DNA of 64,000 nt from an uncultured Leptospira sp. (lineage in GTDB: Bacteria; Spirochaetota; UBA4802; JAGODF01), in contig CAZCYH010000017.1 of the NCBI GenBank assembly GCA_964502925.1, positions 1,755-65,754 on the forward strand, written 5' to 3'. Positions 38,901 through 49,955 of this stretch are shown piece after piece. The stretch's first letter is position 1; the number at the start of each line of letters is the position of its first letter. The notes beneath the pieces were generated by a model. The model searched no databases and was not told the DNA's origin. It saw only the letters and a list, made by a program, of their open reading frames with translations. The translations under genes and the position numbers were made by a program.

Positions 38901-39464
38901 ATGAAATCACTGAAATTAGCAGCTCTTGTTTTTGCCGCACTCGTACTGGTGCCTGCATCGAGCTACGCCATCATCGACGCGGGAGTGTATGGCGGCTATT
39001 CGCTCGCTTCGCTTGAAACAGAAGCCTATACCAAGGATATGAACGGTTGGGAATACGGTTTCTTCGGCCATGTCACCATGGGCATTCCCCTGCTTTTCAC
39101 CGTCGGCCTTGGCGGCTTCTACCAGAGAGCCGACGCAACCATCGATTTTACCGGAACCGATGTGGACGCGACCCGTACTTCATACGGCATTGACGTGATG
39201 GGAACTATTGAACTTCCTGTTCTTCCTGTAAATCCCTTTGCCCGCGCGGGAATCGCCATAAACGAATCGTATGAGCTGGACATCGCAAATGCAGAAAAAA
39301 ATGAAAAGAAATTCGGTTCGTATTATTTTGCAATCGGACTGGGTTATTCCTTCATTCCTATGACGCGCCTCTTCGTGGAGTACGTGTACAATTATTCCAA
39401 GCAGGAAAACGAAACCACAATTCAATCCAATTCCATCCACGTGGGAGCAATGCTGAGCATATAG
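38901..39464 (+). CDS. Outer-membrane beta-barrel protein (OmpA-like/OmpW-like small porin family) with a signal peptide.
   Basis: Signal peptide MKSLKLAALVFAALVLVPASSYA. Alternating aromatic and Gly beta-strand pattern; 187 aa. Confidence 0.6.
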   Translation: MKSLKLAALVFAALVLVPASSYAIIDAGVYGGYSLASLETEAYTKDMNGWEYGFFGHVTMGIPLLFTVGLGGFYQRADATIDFTGTDVDATRTSYGIDVMGTIELPVLPVNPFARAGIAINESYELDIANAEKNEKKFGSYYFAIGLGYSFIPMTRLFVEYVYNYSKQENETTIQSNSIHVGAMLSI

Positions 39465-39487
39465 TTAGCCATATTTGCACACATGCG

Positions 39488-39528
39488 AAAAACGCTGGCT
39501 TTTCAGCCGGCGTTTTTTTATTTTTTCA
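39488..39528 (+). terminator. Rho-independent terminator after the outer-membrane protein gene.
   Basis: aaaaacgctggct-tttc-agccggcgttttttta. Confidence 0.6.
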
Positions 39529-39629
39529 ATAAAATTTTTTCGGAAGCATTATTACTCTTTACAAAATCACTTTAAAATTATATCATACTGCACAAATATA
39601 CTTCATGCATTCTCACATAGATTGTTGCC

Positions 39630-42600
39630 ATGTTCACGGTTTTTATAAGCAATTCCCTTGAAAAGCTGAAGGACGAGCTTTATCAGCTTGTGCGCGATAA
39701 CCCTCTTTCATCCCCTCTTGCACCAGAAATAATTGTTGTTCAAAGCCAGGGTATGCAGAAATGGCTTTCAATCGAGCTTGCGAAGAAATTCGGTTCGTGG
39801 GCGTCGTTTACATATCTTTTCCCCAATAATTTCCTTGATGAAATTTTCAATTCCGTGCTGGGAAAACCAGTCAGTGCATCAAACGATCCGTTCAGCCGTG
39901 AGGAGTTGAGCTGGCTTCTGATGAATGAATTAGCACGCATCGCTGTCGACTCATCACCTGAGTTCGCCGATCTATCCAGATACCTTGAAAATGATACGGA
40001 CAGCCTTAAAAGATGGCAGCTTGCCACGAGGATCGCATATTCGTTCGACCAGTATCTCACATTCCGTCCCGATTACATCACGACATGGGAGAAAGATAAA
40101 GTCGCACCTGAAAAGGTGCATGCAATCGACGATCCGGAATTTCTTAGAAGCTGGAGCTGGCAGGGAATCCTCTGGCGCGCTATAAAAAAGAGCATCAGCA
40201 CAAAACACAGAATCGAACGCTACCACGACGTCATTCTGGCAATTCAAAAGGGGAGTGCCCTACAAAACGCGCTTCCAGAAAGAGCTATTGTCTTTGGTAT
40301 TCCAATTTTGCCACCACTCCACATGGATGTGCTCTCTGCAATATCGTCCCTATGCCCCATCCATATGTTTCTGTTGCATCCGACAACATCACACGGCGAC
40401 ACGAGCATATCCCGAAAAAAGAAAAAAGATTTAAAATTAGAAAACAATAATGAAAGTCATAACACCCTTCTTGAGTCTTTCGGAAATATCGGCCGGGGAT
40501 TTCTACAGGAACTTCACAGCAAGAAGGAAATTATATTCAAAAACTTTTTCTTAGAAGGCACTGATGAAAATCGCTCACTCCTTCATGCTCTTCAGCGCAA
40601 TATATTGTACGATGCAAACTCGGATTTTGATTATACAGCCCGAGAAGATCGATCAATCATCATCGCCTCGTGCCATTCGCCCATGCGCGAAGTCGAAGTG
40701 CTGCGCGATTATCTCCTTGAGATTTTAAATGTGCCTGATGCTCCGCGGCTCGATGATATCATCGTCATGACCCCGGACATCGAGCGCTATGCTCCCTACA
40801 TCGAAGCGGTGTTCTCATCATCGGATCCGTTTATTCCCTACACGGTTTCCGACCGCTCACTAAAGGGCGAGCACATCACCATAGCGTCATTTTTCTCTCT
40901 TCTCGAAATCGCTTCATCACGCTTCGAAGCAAGCGTTGTTCTGGATCTTCTTGAAAAAAAACCTCTGCAGAAACGCCTGAAAATTAACGACGAAGACCTC
41001 TCTATCATCAGACAATGGATCGAAGACACAAAAATTCGATGGAGCTTCGACGCTTCAGATAAAGAATCATTAGATATTCCGGCAACATCCGAAAACACCT
41101 GGAAAACCTGTTTAGACCGAATGTTTCTCGGTTTTGCGATGCCATCAACGGCTTTTTTCGATGGCATTGTGCCTTATGATAACATCGAGGGGAATTCGGC
41201 CGATCTTCTGGGGAAAATCTCCCGCTTTGTTCACGACCTCCATGATTTTACCAAAATCCTTTCGCGACCCCATACCCTGGACGACTGGCATGCAATTCTT
41301 TCTGAATGGACAGCGCGATTTCTCGATGCAAGCGATGAAAGCGATTCCCAGTATCATCTCATCGAAGAAGCGCTTTCAAAGCTATCTTCCGTTTCTGCTT
41401 CCACAGGCCACACCCAACCAGTGCACTTCCGCGTGATACGAGCATATCTCGATTCCCTGCTTGCTGAAAATGTTTCGGCGCATAATTTTTTAAGCGGCAA
41501 ACTCACCTTCTGCGCCATGCTTCCCATGCGGAGCATACCGTTTAAAGTGATATGCCTCATCGGCATGAACGACGGCATCTTTCCGCGACAGGATAGCAGC
41601 ATCGCTTTTGACCTGATGTCAAAAAAGCCACGCCCCGGTGATCGTTCCTTACGCGATGAAGACCGTTACCTCTTTTTAGAGGCGCTGATTTCAGCGAAAG
41701 AAAAGCTGTACATCAGTTATACCGGTCAAAGCATTGTCGATTCAAGCGAAATTCCCCCTTCCGTTGTGGTGAGCGAACTCATCGATTATTTGCACGAACG
41801 CATGAGCCCTTCTCATTTCACTACAATAGTCATCAAGCATCCTCTTCAGCCGTTCAGCAAAAGATATTTTACTGGCGATGAGTTATTCAGCTACTCGCTT
41901 GAAAATTTTGAAACTGCGCAAAAGCTCGCACAGTCTGCACGCAGAAAAGTTCCCGTTTTTATTAACGGCAAAATTGCAGAACCACAGGTCAAAGACCTTT
42001 CCCTCGCTGAACTGCACTCATTCCTCGCAAACCCGGCAAGGCATTTCCTCCAGCACGGCCTTGACCTTCGTTTCAGAAGAGAAGCGCAAGAAACCGAAGA
42101 CGACGAACCTTTTTCAATAGACGGCCTAAGCGGTTTTCAAATAAAATCGATGCTGCTCGAAGATATTCTTGGAAGGCGCACCGCTAACGGATTGGAAGAA
42201 AATGCATTTCAAAAATACCGGTCGATGGGCCTGCTTCCACACGGAAGAGTCGGCACGGTCGCTTTTGAACTGCTGCACCAGGAGACTCAAAACATCGCTC
42301 AGAAAGCATCGGTATTTCTTTCCGAAAAAACATCATCACCGGTTTTCCTTGAATTGATGATCCCAAAAACCGCAACATTTCTCAGAGGTACTCTTCACAA
42401 TATATATGAAAAATACCAGACCATCATTAGGCCTGCCAGCATCAAAGCAAAAGACATTTTGAAAGGCTGGATATATCATCTTGCGCTCTGCGCGCTTGAA
42501 GAAGAGCATCTGCCGAAAAAAACCGCCCTTGTGTGCAGCGGAAGCAGCAATAGAAAAATAAGCGATGTTATCATTTTTCGTCCCGTTGAGCGCACAGATG

Positions 42601-42911
42601 CGATCGCACATCTTTCATTCCTTGCGCATCTTGCACTTTCGCATGAAGTTGAAATTTTCCATTTTATTCCGGAATGCTCACTGGCATATTTCATCGAATA
42701 CCTGGAAAAAAAAGATGACTCGGCCGCCGTTCAATCAGCAAAAAGAAAATGGTCTTCAGATTCTGAAAAAACTCAAAACGAAATAGACGACCCCTATCAG
42801 AAGCTTTGCTTCGGGAACATGGAAGAGCAAGAACTCTTCGGCGTTCGATTTCAACAAAATGCCATTGATATCTTCACGCCTATTTTTGAAGCAATTGAGA
42901 CAGAGGTTTAA
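39630..42911 (+). CDS. recC: Exodeoxyribonuclease V gamma subunit.
   Basis: 1093 aa. The N-terminus MFTVFISNSLEKL is RecC-like (RecC typically begins ML.VYHSNRLD). Its stop overlaps the recB start (ATGA). Confidence 0.85.
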   Translation: MFTVFISNSLEKLKDELYQLVRDNPLSSPLAPEIIVVQSQGMQKWLSIELAKKFGSWASFTYLFPNNFLDEIFNSVLGKPVSASNDPFSREELSWLLMNELARIAVDSSPEFADLSRYLENDTDSLKRWQLATRIAYSFDQYLTFRPDYITTWEKDKVAPEKVHAIDDPEFLRSWSWQGILWRAIKKSISTKHRIERYHDVILAIQKGSALQNALPERAIVFGIPILPPLHMDVLSAISSLCPIHMFLLHPTTSHGDTSISRKKKKDLKLENNNESHNTLLESFGNIGRGFLQELHSKKEIIFKNFFLEGTDENRSLLHALQRNILYDANSDFDYTAREDRSIIIASCHSPMREVEVLRDYLLEILNVPDAPRLDDIIVMTPDIERYAPYIEAVFSSSDPFIPYTVSDRSLKGEHITIASFFSLLEIASSRFEASVVLDLLEKKPLQKRLKINDEDLSIIRQWIEDTKIRWSFDASDKESLDIPATSENTWKTCLDRMFLGFAMPSTAFFDGIVPYDNIEGNSADLLGKISRFVHDLHDFTKILSRPHTLDDWHAILSEWTARFLDASDESDSQYHLIEEALSKLSSVSASTGHTQPVHFRVIRAYLDSLLAENVSAHNFLSGKLTFCAMLPMRSIPFKVICLIGMNDGIFPRQDSSIAFDLMSKKPRPGDRSLRDEDRYLFLEALISAKEKLYISYTGQSIVDSSEIPPSVVVSELIDYLHERMSPSHFTTIVIKHPLQPFSKRYFTGDELFSYSLENFETAQKLAQSARRKVPVFINGKIAEPQVKDLSLAELHSFLANPARHFLQHGLDLRFRREAQETEDDEPFSIDGLSGFQIKSMLLEDILGRRTANGLEENAFQKYRSMGLLPHGRVGTVAFELLHQETQNIAQKASVFLSEKTSSPVFLELMIPKTATFLRGTLHNIYEKYQTIIRPASIKAKDILKGWIYHLALCALEEEHLPKKTALVCSGSSNRKISDVIIFRPVERTDAIAHLSFLAHLALSHEVEIFHFIPECSLAYFIEYLEKKDDSAAVQSAKRKWSSDSEKTQNEIDDPYQKLCFGNMEEQELFGVRFQQNAIDIFTPIFEAIETEV

Positions 42912-45900
42912 TGAAACAGGTATTATCAACACTTAATCTAAACTCGCCGCCCCTTGAAGGAGTAAACCTCATCGAAGCCAGCGCAGGCACGGGGAAAACT
43001 TATGCCATCTGCGCCATTGTCATGCATCTGCTGCTCGGAAAAAACATCCCAATTGAGAAAATCCTCGTCGTCACATTCACGGTCGCTGCAACCGAGGAAT
43101 TAAAAGGGCGCATTCGCTCAATGCTGAGAAAATTATTGCACGCTTTTCAGACAAAGCAAATTTCAGAAGGCGATAAAGACTATGAGCTTTTGCAAGGTTT
43201 GCTCGAGCGCTACGGAACAAAACCACAGGCAATCGATTCACTCAGAAACGCTCTTCACAATTTTGACCGAGCTGCTATTTTCACCATCCACGGATTCTGC
43301 CAGCGAATGCTCATTGACAATGCATTCGAATCGAGTTCTCTTTTCGACACCGAACTGATTTCGGATGCGGACATTCTCATCGAAGAAACATCAAAAGATT
43401 TCTGGCGCAAAAAAATGTACACTGCCGGCGAAGCCATAGTCCGCTATGCTCATAAGCAAAAATTCACTCCCGTGGCTCTTTCTACACTTGCAAAAATCCG
43501 ACCGCTCGATCCCGAGCTCATCGTGCTTCCTGATATACGGCCAACTCCTGATGCGAAAATCGAAGAGCAATACCAGCGTCTCAAGGAACTTTTCGATGAA
43601 CTCAAAGCTATATGGAATATTTCGGAGAAAGAAATCTGCTCGCTGATTGAAAACGCAATTACTGAGAAAAAACTCAATGGCAAAAAATATCAACAGAGGC
43701 ATATGAGCAGCCGCATTGAAGAAATAAATGCTTTTTTTTCAGAAAACGATATTTTATCCACTGATTATCAAAAAATTGTATATTTTTCGTCTTCTCTTCT
43801 CAACGAGAAAACCACTGCGATTACACATCCGTTCTGCGAAAAACTCGATGAGTTTCTCGCTATAAGAGAAAAACTGCTGAATGATGTGTCCAATTATCTT
43901 CTCTGCCTCAAAAAAGAATTTGTTCAGAACATAGAGTCGCTTCTTGACCACCACCGGCAGCGCAAAAACGCAAGGACATTTGAAGATCTACTCACCGGCA
44001 TGTACCGTGCGCTACAAGGCAATTCAGATTCACCGCTTGCACTCCGCATACGCACACGTTTCAATGCCGCACTCATCGACGAGTTTCAGGATACCGATCC
44101 CCTCCAGTACGAAATATTCAGCACCGTTTTCCGCAATCACTGCCCTCTTTACATGATCGGCGATCCAAAGCAGGCCATCTATAAATTTCGCGGTGCGGAT
44201 ATCTTCGCGTATCTTCGTGCTTCCACGCAATGCGACAGAAAGCTTACGCTATCAAAGAACTATCGGTCGCACCCCGATTTAGTTCGTGCCATAAATACAA
44301 TCTTCGCTAATATTCAAAACATTGGCAACCCACCCTTTGTGATTGATGGCATTGAATACAATCCAGTGGCATCATCAAAAAATGAACACGCAATTTCGAT
44401 TGCCGAAAAACTTCCGGCAGGATCGGCACTTACCATCTGGTATGTCGATAGTAGTGAAAATGATGAGAGAAGCGGAAAAGCGATAAACAAAACCGACCTC
44501 AGAGAGATCATCTCCCAACTTGTAATTAATGAAATAAAACAATTAACACATCATGGCTGCAGCCCGGGCGATATAGCCATCCTGGTTCGAAAAAACACAC
44601 AGAGTCCATTTATTGCACGTGAATTGCGCAAGCATGGAATTCCCTGCGTCAGCTACGGCACCGAAAGCGTTCTCAAAACCGATGAAGCAATCGAAATGGA
44701 GCGCATCATAAGCTCGGTCGCAGAACCCGCAAACCCGGGATATCTTTTTGCCGCGCTCGCAACAAATATTTTTGGAAACACCGCTTCCGCACTCACCGAA
44801 ATAGCGCATAACGAAGAAAAGCTTTCATTAATTATGGAACGATTCAAGCGCTACCGGGACATCTGGGAGCGGCAGGGATTTATTACCATGTTCCGCCGTT
44901 TGATGCGCGAAAATGAAATCTCCTTGCATCTGGCATCGCTGGAAGATGGAGAACGAAGGCTTACAAATGTCTTCCATATCGCCGAACTTATCCATCGGGC
45001 AGAAAGGGAACACCGCCTCGGTATTGATGGCATCCTGAAATGGTATTCTGAAGAAAAAGCTTTTGAATCCGAAGAGATGAAACTCCGACTTGAAACCGAC
45101 GAATACGCAGTTAAAATTCTAACCATTCATAAGAGCAAAGGCCTTGAGTTTCCGATAGTGTTCGCTCCCTTCCTCTACGATTCCGCGGAAATAAAATCTC
45201 AGGAATACATCTATCACACTAAAGCTGCTGATGAAGATATGCGAACTGTTTTCAATCTTTCCAGCGATGAGACACAAAAGTCACAGGCGATTATCGAAGA
45301 GCTTTCAGAATCCGTTCGCCTCATGTATGTGGCGCTCACACGGGCAAAAGTTCGATGTTATACTTTGTGGGGCAAGATCAACAAATCAGAGCTTTCAGCG
45401 CCGAGGTACGTGTTTCACAATCACAGAGTTCCATCTCTGGATGAGTTTATAAAAAACAAAAATATGCTGTGGGATAATCAATCATCGGAAATGCTTCAGG
45501 ATATGCGCCAGCTCGAAGCTCTATCGGAAGGAGCTATTTCCGTGTTGCAAATATCCGAAATCATCAGCGAAAAACACTACATTTCAGAAGAAAAACCGCA
45601 ACAAAGCCAGTTTCCCACGCTCGCGTGCCGCACATTCACCCAGGGCGAAATTCTGCCCCCATGGTCACTCACAAGTTTTTCATCGCTTATTTTCAACGCA
45701 CGGGATGATTTCAGAGAAAAAGCCGATGAGGACAGTAAAGAAATCAGCACGGCATCAAACAAAGAGTTTTCAATTCACACATTTCCCCGGGGGACTCGTG
45801 CGGGTCTTTTTATTCACGAAGTATTCGAGAACATCGATTTTCAAAATCCCGCTTCAGAGGAATCACAATCTCTCATAGGCGAATTATTGCACACCTACGG

Positions 45901-46510
45901 CATCGCCAAAAGCTGGGTGCCTGTCATTTGCAATAACGCCTGTGCGGTGCTCAACCACCCGCTCGGAAGCAAAAACGCCGCATTCCGCCTTGCTGAGATT
46001 AGCCCTTCAATGCGCGTCCACGAACTCGAATTTTATTTTCCTGCATCGCGAATATCCCCCAGAAAGTTAGCAGAACTCATATTTGGCAATCATTCTAAAA
46101 TGAATACCTCCACACCAATTTCGCTTTCCCGCCTTGGTCTTGAAGAATTTCAGGGATTCGTCCGGGGCTTCATCGACCTTGTTTTTACGATTCAGGGTAA
46201 ATGGTTCCTTGCCGACTGGAAATCGAACTATCTCGGCGATTCCACGGAATCATATTGCAGGGAAAATCTTCTTCATACGATGTTTGAAAAACATTATTAT
46301 CTTCAATACCATCTTTACGCATTAGCACTCCACCGGCATCTTCAGCGCACACTACCCGGATACGACTACGACAAACACTTTGGGGGCATATTCTATTTTT
46401 TCATCCGCGGCATTGACCACAACAATTCACACAGCGGCATATTCTTCGATCGCCCTGCCGTAGAGCTGATCAATGAGCTTGAAAGCTATATGGGGAGAGA
46501 AACTGCATGA
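42911..46510 (+). CDS. recB: Exodeoxyribonuclease V beta subunit (UvrD-type helicase with a C-terminal PD-(D/E)xK nuclease).
   Basis: Walker A EASAGTGKTYAI and helicase motifs. The C-terminal nuclease motif GFIDLVF...LADWKSNYLG matches RecB GFIDLVF..LLDYKSN. Confidence 0.9.
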   Translation: MKQVLSTLNLNSPPLEGVNLIEASAGTGKTYAICAIVMHLLLGKNIPIEKILVVTFTVAATEELKGRIRSMLRKLLHAFQTKQISEGDKDYELLQGLLERYGTKPQAIDSLRNALHNFDRAAIFTIHGFCQRMLIDNAFESSSLFDTELISDADILIEETSKDFWRKKMYTAGEAIVRYAHKQKFTPVALSTLAKIRPLDPELIVLPDIRPTPDAKIEEQYQRLKELFDELKAIWNISEKEICSLIENAITEKKLNGKKYQQRHMSSRIEEINAFFSENDILSTDYQKIVYFSSSLLNEKTTAITHPFCEKLDEFLAIREKLLNDVSNYLLCLKKEFVQNIESLLDHHRQRKNARTFEDLLTGMYRALQGNSDSPLALRIRTRFNAALIDEFQDTDPLQYEIFSTVFRNHCPLYMIGDPKQAIYKFRGADIFAYLRASTQCDRKLTLSKNYRSHPDLVRAINTIFANIQNIGNPPFVIDGIEYNPVASSKNEHAISIAEKLPAGSALTIWYVDSSENDERSGKAINKTDLREIISQLVINEIKQLTHHGCSPGDIAILVRKNTQSPFIARELRKHGIPCVSYGTESVLKTDEAIEMERIISSVAEPANPGYLFAALATNIFGNTASALTEIAHNEEKLSLIMERFKRYRDIWERQGFITMFRRLMRENEISLHLASLEDGERRLTNVFHIAELIHRAEREHRLGIDGILKWYSEEKAFESEEMKLRLETDEYAVKILTIHKSKGLEFPIVFAPFLYDSAEIKSQEYIYHTKAADEDMRTVFNLSSDETQKSQAIIEELSESVRLMYVALTRAKVRCYTLWGKINKSELSAPRYVFHNHRVPSLDEFIKNKNMLWDNQSSEMLQDMRQLEALSEGAISVLQISEIISEKHYISEEKPQQSQFPTLACRTFTQGEILPPWSLTSFSSLIFNARDDFREKADEDSKEISTASNKEFSIHTFPRGTRAGLFIHEVFENIDFQNPASEESQSLIGELLHTYGIAKSWVPVICNNACAVLNHPLGSKNAAFRLAEISPSMRVHELEFYFPASRISPRKLAELIFGNHSKMNTSTPISLSRLGLEEFQGFVRGFIDLVFTIQGKWFLADWKSNYLGDSTESYCRENLLHTMFEKHYYLQYHLYALALHRHLQRTLPGYDYDKHFGGIFYFFIRGIDHNNSHSGIFFDRPAVELINELESYMGRETA

Positions 46511-48354
46511 ACAGCACAGGGATAATAATAAACGCTCAAATATTTTCAGATTTAGATAAGGAATTTTATCGATTTCTCATTGAACACAGGGCAAATCCAG
46601 AAACGGCGCTGGCCGGTGCAATTTTGTGTAATCGAATCACCGAAGGCGATACCTGCATCGATCTCAAAGCAATCGCCGGTGCATCATTAGCAGAAGCGCT
46701 ACAGGCAGAAACAGCCGATGACCTTTCTATGATAAAGCTTCCAACATTATCTCAATGGATCGCTTCACTGGAAAAAGCAGAGGCGGTGGGCAGCGCGGGC
46801 CAACAAAAGCCGCTCATTTTGCACAGCGGCCGCCTCTACCTGTACCGCTACTGGCGCTACGAGCAAAAATTCGCAGAAAAAATACATCACTTTCTGGCGC
46901 AAAGACCCGCTCCCGTCGACGAAGATTTTCTCAAACAAAAGCTTTTGCACTATTTTCCCGATAACCCCGACGGCAGCATCAATTTTCAGCGCGTGGCAGC
47001 CATGCGCGCTCTCACACATAGTTTCACTGTGATATCTGGTGGTCCGGGGACCGGCAAAACTTCAACTGTCGCTAAAATTATTGCGATATTTCTGGAACAA
47101 TTCGGCGAAGCAAAAAAAATCGTTCTTGCAGCGCCTACGGGAAAAGCTGCTGCCCGCATGAAGGAATCCATTGAAATAGCCCTTTCTGAACAAGGGATGC
47201 TTGCAAGTTTGCCCGATTCAATGAAAAAAATATTCCCTCGCGAAGCTTCGACCATACACCGGCTTCTCGGTCCAATTTCCGGAAGCCCGTATTTCCATCA
47301 TAATGAAGAAAACCCTCTTTCGTGCGATGTGATTGTAATCGATGAATCTTCAATGGTCGATCTTGCACTCATGGCAAAACTCTTTTCTGCCATACCTCCC
47401 CACGCCAGGGTGATTCTTCTGGGCGATCGCGATCAGCTCTCATCAGTCGAAGCGGGTTCTGTACTGGGCGACATCTGCGGCCCACAAGCGGCACATGAAG
47501 GTTTTTCCGCGCAATTTGCCGCCCTTGCTCAAAATCTTGCGATCTACTCTCTTCCCGTAGTAGAAAATGCTTCTTTACTCCAGGATGCCATTATTTTTTT
47601 GAACAGAAGTTATCGGTTTCAAAAAGGAATAGCTGATCTTGCCAAACACATCAATGAAGGAAATACCAGCGCAATTGCTGCTAATTTTTCAGTGAATGCG
47701 TATCATGGCGTTTCCATTTGCGGTGTGAATAAAATATTTGAAATACAAAAAAAAATTCATGAACTTGTGGAAGCAGGAGCCTATGACTTTCTCATTCGCG
47801 ATGATATTGCAGCAGCATTAAACAGGCTTTTTGATTTTGCAATTCTCTGCGCGCACCGTCAGGGACAATGGGGGTCTGAGTCAATCGGAGAGCTCATAGA
47901 ACAAGCGATTAAACGCCGATTCGGCGAGAGAAGCGAATGGGCAGGATTATATCATGGCAAGCCTATTATGATCATAAAAAACAATTACGAGCTTAATCTC
48001 TTCAACGGAGATATTGGCATTGTGCGGAGAGATTCTTCGACAGGGCAACTGATGGCACATTTCCCCGAAGCAAATACTGAAACGCATCGCGCCATTCATA
48101 TTTTCCGCCTTCCGGAATTCACCTCTGCCCACGCCTTTACTGTACACAAAAGCCAGGGGTCGGAATTCAAAAAAGTGATTTTCATCATTCCTCCAGAGCT
48201 TACACCTGTGCTCTCACGCGAGCTTCTCTATACTGCCGTCACACGGGCGCGGGAATCTCTCGAAATATGGGGAAGCGCAGACGTTTTCACTGCTGCTGTC
48301 ACACGGCCAGTCCGCAGATTTTCCGGGCTTCAGGACTTGCTGTGGCAATCATAA
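46507..48354 (+). CDS. recD: Exodeoxyribonuclease V alpha subunit.
   Basis: Walker A VISGGPGTGKTST and SF1 helicase motifs. Overlaps the recB stop. Confidence 0.9.
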   Translation: MNSTGIIINAQIFSDLDKEFYRFLIEHRANPETALAGAILCNRITEGDTCIDLKAIAGASLAEALQAETADDLSMIKLPTLSQWIASLEKAEAVGSAGQQKPLILHSGRLYLYRYWRYEQKFAEKIHHFLAQRPAPVDEDFLKQKLLHYFPDNPDGSINFQRVAAMRALTHSFTVISGGPGTGKTSTVAKIIAIFLEQFGEAKKIVLAAPTGKAAARMKESIEIALSEQGMLASLPDSMKKIFPREASTIHRLLGPISGSPYFHHNEENPLSCDVIVIDESSMVDLALMAKLFSAIPPHARVILLGDRDQLSSVEAGSVLGDICGPQAAHEGFSAQFAALAQNLAIYSLPVVENASLLQDAIIFLNRSYRFQKGIADLAKHINEGNTSAIAANFSVNAYHGVSICGVNKIFEIQKKIHELVEAGAYDFLIRDDIAAALNRLFDFAILCAHRQGQWGSESIGELIEQAIKRRFGERSEWAGLYHGKPIMIIKNNYELNLFNGDIGIVRRDSSTGQLMAHFPEANTETHRAIHIFRLPEFTSAHAFTVHKSQGSEFKKVIFIIPPELTPVLSRELLYTAVTRARESLEIWGSADVFTAAVTRPVRRFSGLQDLLWQS

Positions 48355-48416
48355 TATGCTTGACGAATTGTCGACGCATGTATTTTTCAATACAAATAAT
48401 CAACAGGAGGTTTCGT

Positions 48417-48599
48417 ATGGCTGCAAAATTTGAAGTGTATCAGGACAAAAAAGGGGAATGGCGTTTCAGGCTGAAAGCACCAAACGGAGAAGTGATAGCC
48501 GTTGGTGAAGGCTATTCGTCAAAAGCTGCATGCCTTAACGGAATTGAATCGATTAAGAAAAATGCACCAGAAGCGCAAGTAGTCGAGGCTGAAGCGTAA
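48417..48599 (+). CDS. YegP-like DUF1508 (UPF0339) small protein.
   Basis: MAAKFEVYQDKKGEWRFRLKAPNGEVIAVGEGYSSKAA matches DUF1508. An AGGAGG ribosome-binding site precedes ATG 48417; the longer upstream extension in the ORF track was rejected. Confidence 0.65.
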   Translation: MAAKFEVYQDKKGEWRFRLKAPNGEVIAVGEGYSSKAACLNGIESIKKNAPEAQVVEAEA

Positions 48600-48603
48600 T
48601 TGC

Positions 48604-49125
48604 TCACTTCCAGTATTCTTTAATAAAAAAATCCCTGCCAGACAGCATTTTGTAGGAACGATACCGGTGGGGATTTTTTTCCGCGAAATTCTGGTGATAT
48701 TCCTCAGCAGGGTAGAACTCGCCTGCGGGGAGAATTTCTGTGGCAATGATGTTCCCAAACTTTCCTGAATTTTTTAGATTTTTCTTCGATAATTCCGCCT
48801 TCTCCTTCTGCTCATCATCATGATAAAAAATCGCGGTACGGTACTGAGGCCCGCGGTCGGCAAACTGCCCTCCCTCATCAGCGGGATTTATCTGCTTCCA
48901 GAAAGCTTCGAGCAATGCGTCATATTCGACAATGTCAGCGTCGTATGTCACTTCCACTGCCTCATAATGGCCCGTAGTTCCTGTGCACACATCCTCATAG
49001 CTCGGGTTTTCCACATGACCCCCTGTATAGCCGGGCATCACGCTCATCACGCCGGGAATGTTTTTAAAGGGCGGCTCCATGCACCAGAAGCATCCGCCTG
49101 CAAAAGTTGCTTTTTTCACGTTCAT
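48604..49125 (-). CDS. msrA: Peptide methionine sulfoxide reductase MsrA.
   Basis: Active-site GCFWC motif (ATFAGGCFWCMEP). Start set at MNVKK, which has an AAGGTGA ribosome-binding site. Confidence 0.9.
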   Translation of the reverse strand: MNVKKATFAGGCFWCMEPPFKNIPGVMSVMPGYTGGHVENPSYEDVCTGTTGHYEAVEVTYDADIVEYDALLEAFWKQINPADEGGQFADRGPQYRTAIFYHDDEQKEKAELSKKNLKNSGKFGNIIATEILPAGEFYPAEEYHQNFAEKNPHRYRSYKMLSGRDFFIKEYWK

Positions 49126-49224
49126 TTCTGTATCATCACCTTCTTTCTTAAAATATAGCACACCTGCAAATTACTTTCTTGAAGAAAATACGCTTGTTTT
49201 TATATTGCCTTCAGCGCATTCATT

Positions 49225-49941
49225 GTGCAAAACATTAAAACACTATTCCCGTGCAGGGCAATGCTACCCATGAAAGACTACCAGAAAAATTTTATTGAAT
49301 TTCTCCTTTCCATGAAAGCACTCAAGTTCGGCGATTTCACTCTTAAATCCGGAAGAAAATCGCCTTATTTTCTCAACATGGGCGCATTTTTCACGGGGCA
49401 TTCCATCACCCAGCTCGGCATGTTCTACGCTGATGCAATCGCTGATACCATCAAAGGCAATTTTAATGTGATCTTCGGGCCAGCCTACAAAGGCATACCC
49501 CTTGCTATCGCCACAGTGCAATCGCTGTACACCTCACACGGCATCGACGCGCAATACGCTTTCAACCGAAAAGAGGTTAAGGATCACGGAGAAGCAGGGC
49601 TCATTGTAGGGAAAGCGCTCGAACCATCCGATCGCATCGTCATTGTCGATGATGTCATTACCGCGGGGACTGCCGTGCGCGAAACACTTGAGATCATTAA
49701 TAATCAGGGTGGCGCCGAAATTCGAGCAATTGTCGTTGCGGTGGACAGGATGGAAAAAGGGAGAGGCAACACATCCGCGGTGATGGAAATTACTGAAACT
49801 CATGGCATTTCAGTTTATCCAATCATCACCATTCTTCATATTCTTGAATATTTAAAGACCGGAAAAGCGGAAAAGTACGGGGTCGATGCTGCGATGAGTG
49901 AAAAAATTAAATCATATCTTGCGGAATACGGCGCATTGTAA
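49225..49941 (+). CDS. pyrE: Orotate phosphoribosyltransferase. The start may be the internal ATG at 49270.
   Basis: FGDFTLKSGRKSPYF, FGPAYKGIPLA and the PRPP-binding IVIVDDVITAGTA. Confidence 0.85.
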   Translation: MQNIKTLFPCRAMLPMKDYQKNFIEFLLSMKALKFGDFTLKSGRKSPYFLNMGAFFTGHSITQLGMFYADAIADTIKGNFNVIFGPAYKGIPLAIATVQSLYTSHGIDAQYAFNRKEVKDHGEAGLIVGKALEPSDRIVIVDDVITAGTAVRETLEIINNQGGAEIRAIVVAVDRMEKGRGNTSAVMEITETHGISVYPIITILHILEYLKTGKAEKYGVDAAMSEKIKSYLAEYGAL

Positions 49942-49955
49942 TTGCATGATGCTTT

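Noticed and set aside
48267-48599. The 110-aa form of the DUF1508 ORF that begins inside the recD 3' end.
   Set aside because: The upstream 50 codons overlap recD in another frame and are Cys/His-rich nonsense. A strong AGGAGG ribosome-binding site precedes the internal ATG at 48417, giving the canonical 60-aa YegP-like protein.
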